Shown one piece after another: positions 55,227 through 64,000 of a stretch of DNA of 64,000 nt. The position numbers were made by a program, and so were the translations under genes. The notes beneath the pieces were generated by a model. That model worked only from the letters and a program-made list of their open reading frames with translations. It had not been told where the DNA came from and did not search any database. Source of the stretch: Felis catus (lineage: Eukaryota); NCBI RefSeq assembly GCF_018350175.1, contig NC_058382.1, forward strand, positions 49,540,001 through 49,604,000. Reading direction: 5' to 3'. Within the stretch, counting starts at the first letter, position 1; each line of letters begins with the position of its first letter.

Positions 55227-58200
55227 GACCACCACCACCCCATTCTCAAACATGGGTCCCTTATAGCAAAACAATCTTAAAAGTTACTGGCATCTTACTA
55301 GAATGCGATTCAGCCATTGATAACTATCCAGTCAATCATCTCCTGTAAAAAGGTCTCCTATGGTGATGCCACTCAGATTTGCAAGCCATCATCCAATCTT
55401 GCCAGGTTCCCAAAGCAGTTGTCGTCTCAACAACACAGGGATTCACCCTTTCATGCATCTGGTACAGTCCAGCTAAGAGACCGTATCACCTCTTGTTCTG
55501 AGCCTCTTTCGAGATGCTCGTGTAACATGGGATTTCCCTCATTACATAACCCATTTATTCAATCCTTTACCCGTAGCTACTATTTTTCCTTCTCTCCATT
55601 TGAACCCAAACTTTTCTCCCTTTGGAAGAGACGTTCTGTTTGGCCACTGTGCTGGCCTAGATTACAGATTTCCAAACAGGATGTTGTCCATTCATCTTGA
55701 AACTGCCACCCATAAACCAAACAGCCCTTTGTTTTCCAGACAAGAGCCATTCTTAGGACACCATCCACATGAGAATTGGTTCCGGCGGCTCCTCAGGTGG
55801 CTCCAAAGGTGGTCCTAGAGGAAAGGAGGCTCCCTGTGTTCCCTGGCAGCATACCCCTATATGAACCATTTCCATGTTATTCTGGAACTCTTCTGGGCAC
55901 AGCCTTCCTTATTAGAGTGTCTCTCTGACACCACCCAAGACATTACGAGTATCTCAGGTTTCATGATTATTTTATGTCCTTCCGTCATCAAGGCGGTCTC
56001 ATTAGTGCCCAGTAGCAGGTGTGTCCCTCAAAGGGTGTGGACTGGCCAGCAAGATGTGGTATCTGGGAATTTTCTGGTCCAAAATCCCAACAGCTGGGAG
56101 ACTGTCGTGAGCACTCTGTAAAAGCACCAACACAAGCTGTGTCTTTCCACAATGTCCGATTCATTCAATCGTGATTCATTCACAAATGATTCATTTGTGA
56201 TTCATTCAATCATAAAGCAAAGTTAATGTAATTGTAAAGCAGTTTCAAGACTCCAAATTCAATGACGTTTCGCTACGCATCTCACTTGGCTTCATATGTG
56301 CCACACAAAGCCAAGTACAATAATACAAAGTCACACAACAAAGATATGACAAGGGGTAAGAAGTTAATGAAACAGACACGAAGTCTGTTTGTGACCTTGC
56401 AGAATGGTCTGGTCTGGGTCAGCTCTCAACCCTTACTGCGTATTCTGTTCACTGCAGAGCAGCTCTCTTACGTTCAGAGATCATTCGGGCAGAGTCTTTG
56501 TGGCAGTTGCCTTGCTAACCCACTCAGACATGAAGTGTTCCGCGTCTGGAGAGTCTGACAGCTGGCTGCAGTTTTCCCTTTTTCAAGGAGTTTCGTCAGT
56601 CTTGGGCCTTTTCAAGTCTTTCCTGGTTCTAGTGATCATCAGCTCCTGGCTCTTTTAGGTTCTTGTAGCCTTACAGATCATCAGTCCTTAGTCCTGCCAG
56701 TCTGTGCTGGTTCTGATGAGACCTGGTCTTAGCTACAATATCCTAGGGCTGCTCACATCACTGCTTGACATGAGTGACTCCATCTTGCTCTCTACAGAGG
56801 TGCACACGAGCTTTTGCCACAAGCCCCAGTCTGAGTACAGGTGGCAGACATCCCACAGTCACCAGTGAGTGGGGGGTCACAAGGCTCCAAAGGCACTGAG
56901 AGCTGCCCTACCACGTTTTGTAATTCATACATGGCCTCCTTTTGTTTAGGTCCCCACTCAAAAATACAGCTTTGGGTGGTCGTAAAGATGGGAGTCAGCA
57001 AAACTCTCAGATGTGGCACATGCATTCTCCAAAATCCAAATACACCAACCAAACACTACCTTCTTGTTTGGTCTTAGGGATGGGTAGTGACAATTTCTAG
57101 TCATTTGTGTGATATCCCAGGTGGTTCCTGTCCAGGTTATTTCTGAGAATTTCACCACTTGAGTAGGGCCCTTAGACCTTTGCTAGATTTATTATCCGGG
57201 CCTAATGGTCACGTGCATCACTAGCACATTCAGATCAGTTCCAGCCTGGTCCTCGTCTCTCCAGTCTCTCATGTCATTAATGTAGCATATCATTACACTT
57301 GAGACCCACATCAAGTTCAAATCCCTTCTGACCACATTATCACAGTAGCCGGTGAGTTCAGAATAAACCAAGGCAGCACCATAAACGTACACTGGGGTCC
57401 TTCCCACGCGAAGGCAGACTGCAGTGGGCTCCTTTCCGAGATGAAGAGAAGAAAGCATTTGCAAGATCAACCACGGAGGACCAGCCTCCTTCAGCCCGTT
57501 TGTTTCCCGTATGGCTGGAGCCACGTCGGAGCTGCTGAGGCTACGAGCAGCACAACTTTATCCACCCCTCTGTGATTTACTGGCGGTCCCCATGAGCCAT
57601 TGAGGCTTCCACAGGCCACGCGTCTACGGTGCTGAGAATTCGTTGCTACCAGCAGTCCAGCATGTCATCAACCAAAGTGGCAGTCTCGTCCTGTCTACCT
57701 GGTATTCTATACTGTGTTCAGTTAACCACCTGTGTGGGCCTCAGGCAGTTCTAGTGCTTTCTGTTGGGTATCTCCAGTTAACGCTGGCCTGCAGGTGGGC
57801 TCACGGGCCTCCGCCTTACAGTATCAGCCAGGAGAAGCAGTCCCCAAGCTAAACATAATATCCAACCCAATATATTCAGGTAAACAGGATGCCAACAGCT
57901 TGACGTATAGTTGAAAAAAAACAATCCAACTTTCCTGAGCACCTGGGTGGCTCAGCGGGTTGAGCATCCAGCTCTTGGTTTTGGCTCAGGTCATCGTCTC
58001 ATGCGAGTTTGAGCCCCACATCCGGCTGTGCTGATGGTGCCAAGCCTGCTTGGGATTCTCTCTTTCCCTCTCTCTCTCTGCCCCTACCCTATGTGCACGT
58101 TCTCTTGCTCTCTCTAAAATAAACATTTTTTAAAAATCCAAGTTTTCATCCAAACTTTCACCTCAATTCCATCTAACGCTGCATCTCTGTAGCCTCCCCA

Positions 58201-58900
58201 TCTAAACTCGCCCTCATTAAGACCTCACCAACAGGTTTTGGAATCACAGTGCATGGGCTCCTGCATTAAGGAGTCCCAGAGGGGCGCCTGGATGGCTCAG
58301 TTGTTGGAGTTTTCGACTCTTGATCTCTGCTCAGGTCGTGATCTTGTGGTTCATGGGATCAAGCCCCTCTTGAGGCTCTGCCCTGAGAGCTCAGAGCCTG
58401 CTTGGAATTCTCTCTCCCTCTCTCTCTGCCCCTCCCCTGCTTGTGCTCTCTCTCCCTCAAAATAAACTTTAAAAAAAAAAAAGGAAAAGAAAAAAAGGAG
58501 TCCCAGCAAAGGCTCTTGTCCCCACCCTACCCCAGAAAGTTCAACAAAGCTTCTTGAACTGCTGTTCAGTTTTTTTAATTTTTTAAGTTTATTTATTTAG
58601 GAGAGAGCAAGCAAGCAAGGAAGGGGCAGAGAGAGAGGGAGAAAGAGAATCCCAAGCAGGCTCTGGGCCTCCAGCAGAGCTGGACGTGTGGCTTGACGTG
58701 AACTCATGAACTGTGAGATCATGATCTGAGCCAAAAATCAAAGAGTTGGACACTCAACCAACTGAGCCACGCAGGCCTTCCTCTTGTTCAGTTTTGTAAT
58801 AGCAAAGTTACGTGCGCAAAAGCAGCCCCCTTAATCACAGCATTTACTCTAATCTGGGTAACGGGCACATTCAGTGGCTGAACATCCTGGTTATCGTAAA
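55227..58900 (-). mobile_element. Decayed ERV internal region with pol (RT) remnants; CanSINEs at ~57937-58130, 58281-58495, 58568-58780
   Basis: Minus-strand fragments CYINDM (YxDD-like), VKFSEITW and VGVFGFWRMHVPHL..LLTPIF..T...FEWGPKQ are typical of ERVL-class RT. Confidence 0.65.
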
Positions 58901-58999
58901 GCCAGTCCCACAGGCCTTGCATACAAAGCACATGAGCAGCTTCCTCTGGGGTGTCCATGGGGTATTTATGAGGGAGTGAGCAGCCCCCTTCTCAGAATA

Positions 59000-61881
59000 A
59001 ACACACTTTACAAGGGGTCTCATCCAGTCCACCAAGCCGCTATTCCCTCAACAATCACCTCTTATGCATCTGGATCGGGTGTGGCATCTCAGTTCAGCCC
59101 AATTCTGACACTCTCTGCCTGGAGATGGCATCAGATTCCTATTGCAGGAGACCGAGAAGACATGACCACCTATTGACCCACGAGCTAGACCCCTACAGGC
59201 AGAAGTTCCTTACCCCTCCCCTGCCCTTGGATGCCTATTCCCCACTGTTACTCTACTAGGAGCCACTTGAAGGGTGCACCCTTGAGGGGTTAATGGATTT
59301 GGAGGCCGTCTAGACAGTATACATGACTGAACCCCACTCAAGCCTCTATATAGAATTTTAAGATACTGGTGGGCAGGTGTGGAGATCTCTTTGCCCAAGA
59401 CAAGCCTTCATTTAAGTTCCCTTGCTTGTGAAGACTTCCACCTATGAGTCTGCAGGGGTCAGCCTCATTATTCAGTCTCTCCTTCCCTCTGTGTATGGAG
59501 GCCAGTTTCAGATTTCACCCAGAGAATTCCTGACGTTGGAAACCAGCAGTTCCATAGTTGAAGGGTTTGGTCCCAAAGACTGCATATTCAACCCACCCCC
59601 ATTTCGGATACCAGCCTCAAGCTCAAGATCTTATCTGTGCTTCTGACCGAATGGCCATCAATCAGACCTCTTCCTTGTGTTCAGTGGATTTGCTAGAGAA
59701 GCTCACAGAATTCAAGGAACCCATTTACTCACCAGGGTACCATTTTATTATAAAAAGGTATGACTGAGGAAGAGCCAGAAGGAAGAAATGCAGAGGGCAA
59801 GGGGCGCAAAGAATCCATGCTCTGGGGGGGGGGGGGGGCTGTTCTTCCTGAATCTTCACATGTTCACCAACTGGGAAGCTCTCCAAGCCTTGTTCTTCTG
59901 GGTTTTTATGGAGGCTTCATTCCATAGGCATGATTGATTAAATCATTGCTCGCTGGTGATTGAAGTCCAGCTCCAGCTCCTCTCCCCTCCCCAGAGGTCA
60001 GGGGGTGTGACAGAAAGTTCCAACCATCTAATCACCTGGTTGGCTCCACTGGTAGCCCAGCCCCATCTTTAAAAATCCTTCATGGCACAAAAACAGACAC
60101 AAAGAACAATGGAACAGAATAGAGAACCCAGAAATGGACCCACAGGCATATGGCCAACTAATCTTTGACAAAACAGGAAAGAATATCCAATGGAATAAAG
60201 ACAGTCTCTTCAGGGGCGCCTGGGTGGCGCAGTCGGTTAAGCGTCCGACTTCAGCCAGGTCACGATCTCGCGGTCCGTGAGTTCGAGCCCCGCGTCAGGC
60301 TCTGGGCTTATGGCTCGGAGCCTGGAGCCTGTTTCCGATTCTGTGTCTCCCTCTCTCTCTGCCCCTCCCCCGTTCATGCTCTGTCTCTCTCTGTCCCAGA
60401 AAATAAATAAATGTTAAAAAAAAAAAATTTTAAAAGACAGTCTCTTCAGCAAATGGTGAAGGGAAAACTGGAGAGGGACATCTAGAAGAATGAACCTGGA
60501 CCACTTTCTTACACCATACACAAAAATAAACTCAAAATGGATGAAAGACCTCAATGTAAGACAGGAAGCCATCAAAATCCTCGAGAGGAAAGCAGGCAAA
60601 AACCTCTTTGATCTTGCCCGCAGCAACTTCTTACTCAACACGTACCAGAGTAAAAGGAAACAAAAGCAAAAATGAGCAAGTGGGACCTCATCAAGATAAA
60701 AAGCTTCTGCACAGCAAAGGGAATAAGCAAAACTAAAAGGCAACTGATGGAATGGGAGAAGATATTTGCAAATATCAGATAAAGGGTTAAGTATCCAAAA
60801 TCTATAAAGAACTTATCAAACTCAATACCCAAAAAACAAATAATCCAGTGAAGAAATGGGCAAAAGACATGAATAGACACTTCTGGAAAGAAGACATCCA
60901 GATGGCCAACCAACACATGAAAAAATGCTCAACATGACTCATCATCAGGGAAATACACATCAAAACCACAATGAGATACCACCTTACACCTGTCAGAATG
61001 GCTAACATTAACTCAGGCAACCACAGATGTTGGCGAGGATGCGGACAGAGAGGATCTCTTTTGCATTGCTGGTGCAAATGCAAGCTGGTGCGGCCACTCT
61101 GGAAAACAGGATGGAGGTTCCTCAAAAAATTAAAAATAGAACTACCCTACGACCCAGCCATTGCACTAGTAGGTATTTATCCAAGGGATACAGGTGTGCT
61201 GTTCCGAAGGGACACATGCACGCCAATGTTTATAGCAGCACTGTCGACAACAGCCAAAGTATGCAAAGAGCCCAAATGTCCATCTCTGGATGAATGGATA
61301 AAGATGTGGTATATATATAATGGAGTATTACTCAGGAATCAAAAAGAATGAAATCTTGCCATTTGCAACTACATGGATGGAACTAGAGGGTATTATGCTA
61401 AGCGAAATTAGAGAAAGACAAATATCATATGACTTCATTCATATGAGGACTTTAAGACACAACAGATGAACATAAGGGAAGGGAAGCAAAAATAATTTAA
61501 AAATAGAGAGGGGGACAAAACAGAAGAGACTCTTAAATATGGAGAACAAACTGAGGGTTGCTGGAGAGGTTGTGGGAGGGGGGATGGGCTAAATGGGGAA
61601 GGGGCACTAAGGAATCTCCTCCTGAAATCATTGTGGCACTATATGTTAACTAATTTGGATATAAATTTAAAAAATAAAATTAAAAAAATAATAAATTAAA
61701 AAAATAAAAGTGGAAAAAATAAAATAAAAATCCTTCAATGAGTTCCACAAGTCACCTTATTAACCTACCAGAAGACATCCCTAGAGCTCTCACCACTTAG
61801 GACATTCCAAAGGTTTCAAGGGCTCTGCCAGCAACAGGGACAAAGACGAGCTACGCATTAATTATAAGTCACAGTATCACA
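59000..61881 (-). mobile_element. MER21-like LTR (putative 5' LTR), split by an L1 and a probable second LTR
   Basis: Right end (61881) reads TGTGATACTGTGACTTATAAT on the - strand; blocks colinear with 54785-55226. Confidence 0.65.
60083..61724 (+). mobile_element. 5'-truncated carnivore/felid L1 (ORF2 3' part + 3'UTR) containing a young CanSINE (60213-60431)
   Basis: [51 protein letters not shown]-rich tail; TSD taaaaatccttca; SINE TSD aaagacagtctcttca. Confidence 0.9.
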
Positions 61882-62499
61882 ACGGGTTTGTCATTCACAT
61901 GACCACAGTGACCCAAATGACCCCTTTTTCATTTCCAACCCTGAAGAGGCTCACCTGACCCACAGTCAGAATTTTTTTTTGGAGGTCCTCCCCTTCATTA
62001 CAGGGCATTACTACTACGTTTTACCGGGACTGCCAAAATCACCCACGAAGCACTAGAAGGCACTAAGGTGGTTACTAGACATGGAGGAGATCCCCCCAAC
62101 CCGCGCCCAGACACCCAGATACTTCAACTCAAGCCCCTCCACTCCTGCTACACTGGAAGGGTCTCCCCTCCGACAAATTTCCTTCAACAGAAAAGGTTTC
62201 CGGCTCCTTCCCCAGTAATCCCTGGTCTAACTTTGCCCATTATGATAATACAAAGGTAAACCTTTCTTGGGAGTTTTGGAAACTCGGGGTTCCTGGTGGC
62301 TCGCTCTCTGGACAACTGTTCTCTCAGGTCCTAAAACTAGCATTCTCTCAGCTAAGGTCCCCATCTGCTGCCCACCCTCTTACACACAGCTCCCCTGTGA
62401 CCTTGAGCCTGTCCCCACCATGCCCCTGCCCCTTTGCCTAACCTCCAGGACTGCCAGTCACTTAAGCACCTACCCTAGGATTTCCTAGGAAATAGGCAG

Positions 62500-64000
62500 C
62501 TCCCCAGGGCTTGTCCCACCTCCCAGAGATCATCACCCCTATACCACTCTAGTGCTCCACAGAGACAATAAAAATGCACAGTTCATTTTGGCCCTATTAG
62601 GCACCACGGTCCAAGTCGATGCCATTCCAGGAAATCCCTCTAAATTCCCCCAAAGGGAAGTCCTACCTACAAGGCATTGCCAGGAAAACAATCAAAGGTG
62701 CACAAACCCAATCAGATGTAACTATTAGGACCATTGGCCTCAAACAGCTTCCTCTGGTGGTGGCCCCTGTCTCCTCCTTTCCAGACATGGATAAATTGAC
62801 ACCTTCATGGCACACGGACCAAGCTCAAGCTCTTGACCTTCCTTGTGGGACTCACCAAATAGATGCCATGGACTCTTCCTCACCAGGCGAGGACAGAAAA
62901 CATTCCCGAATACAGAATTACACAAGCAATGAAAGCCAAGGCCCTGTCCTTAAAGATGTGATGACAGGAGGGCTGCCTGGCTGGCTCAGTTGGTAAAGCA
63001 TGCAACTCTTGGTTCAGGGTGGTGAGTTCAATGGATTTGCTAGAGCTAATTGGGTATGCAGCTTAATTAAAAAAAAAAAAAGATAAAGAGTCATGAAGCC
63101 CACAATCTCCCCTTTTAACAGCCCCGTTTGGCCAGTACTTAAGCCAGTCACTAATGCTGGCACCTGACCATCGACTCAAGTTCCCCTGATTAAGGCTCCG
63201 AGTCCTAAGGACATAGAACGGACCCAAGGAGCATCACTGACATAGCTAATATGTTCTGTCTGTTCCCATCGCCAAGGAATCCCAGGCCCAATCTGGTTTC
63301 ACTTTGGAAGGAACTACTTTTATGCAGTTCCCAATGGGATATTTAAACACTCTTCCAATTATGTGTGACCTCTGCCACCAGGATGTAAATACCTTATAGT
63401 AAGAGGTACGGTTTGGGCCATTCCAATGATGACAGTCTGCTGAGGGGTCCCTCCGGGGAAGCGGTACGGCCAGATCTGCACAGCTTCACGGGCCACTTAT
63501 GCCACACAGGATCCAAGGCCCCGCGTCATCTGCCACATTTCTGGCATCATCTGGTCCCGTGGGGGCTGGTAAATTCCCCCGGCCATCACACACGAATTAC
63601 TCACCATCAAACCACCCACTAGACTCAAACAGGCACAAAATCTATTGAGCCGTTTCATGTTCTAGAAGAAACATCCTTCATCCCTCACGCCCTCCGTACA
63701 CAACCACACGCGTGTCTGTCACCCTCCGCCAGAGCCAGACCCCACAGTGCCCTTGGGAAGCCACTAGCACGCAGGCCAGCATGCCTCCCTGTAGTCCCCC
63801 CGGCTTCATGTTGGGACTCAAGTCCTCGGCCACGCCTGACTATGCCTCCTGGAGACTCTGGAGCAAACGCGGCCTACCCGACTTCACGTGGGGTTTTGGC
63901 CTAAGAGCCTTCCCCCAGGGGCAGCCCAATAAATGCCCCTTGAGCGCCTGCTTCTGGAATCCTACTGAGCTCTTTTAGAAACCAAGGCCCTACCCAGCCC
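62500..64000 (+). mobile_element. Decayed ERV (ERVL/ERV3-like) pro-pol remnant, with a short SINE at ~62969-63080
   Basis: PTISPFNSPVWPVLKP at ~63100, DIANMFC at ~63240, PMGYLN at ~63330: RT motifs in broken frames. Confidence 0.65.

Noticed and set aside
60490..61351. L1 ORF2 C-terminal ORFs as a possible intact or domesticated gene
   Set aside because: 5'-truncated, frameshifted and interrupted by a SINE.

Overview
Mammalian genomic DNA, almost certainly a felid: it carries dozens of carnivore CanSINEs, including near-identical young SINEC_Fc-type copies. It is syntenic with human 16q23.1. It holds the last two coding exons and 3'UTR of ZNRF1 (+), the complete 11-exon LDHD gene (-, 485 aa) and the complete KRAB zinc-finger gene ZFP1 (+, 405 aa, 8 C2H2 fingers, CpG-island promoter). 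The rest is mostly CanSINE, L1, hAT/Mariner and ERVL/MaLR relics, with a nested ERV cluster after ~52 kb. I see no convincing new multi-gene system. The most unusual signals are: (1) a 332-bp inverted tract with a 271-bp perfect core, shared by two otherwise old L1 copies bracketing the ZFP1 promoter and start exon (probable recent gene conversion); (2) a fossil KRAB-B exon in ZFP1 intron 3; (3) a SINE carrying an apparent 3' transduction; (4) in-frame alternative splice acceptors in LDHD and ZNRF1. Gene names, repeat families and human comparisons come from recall, not from a database search. Repeat boundaries are approximate.
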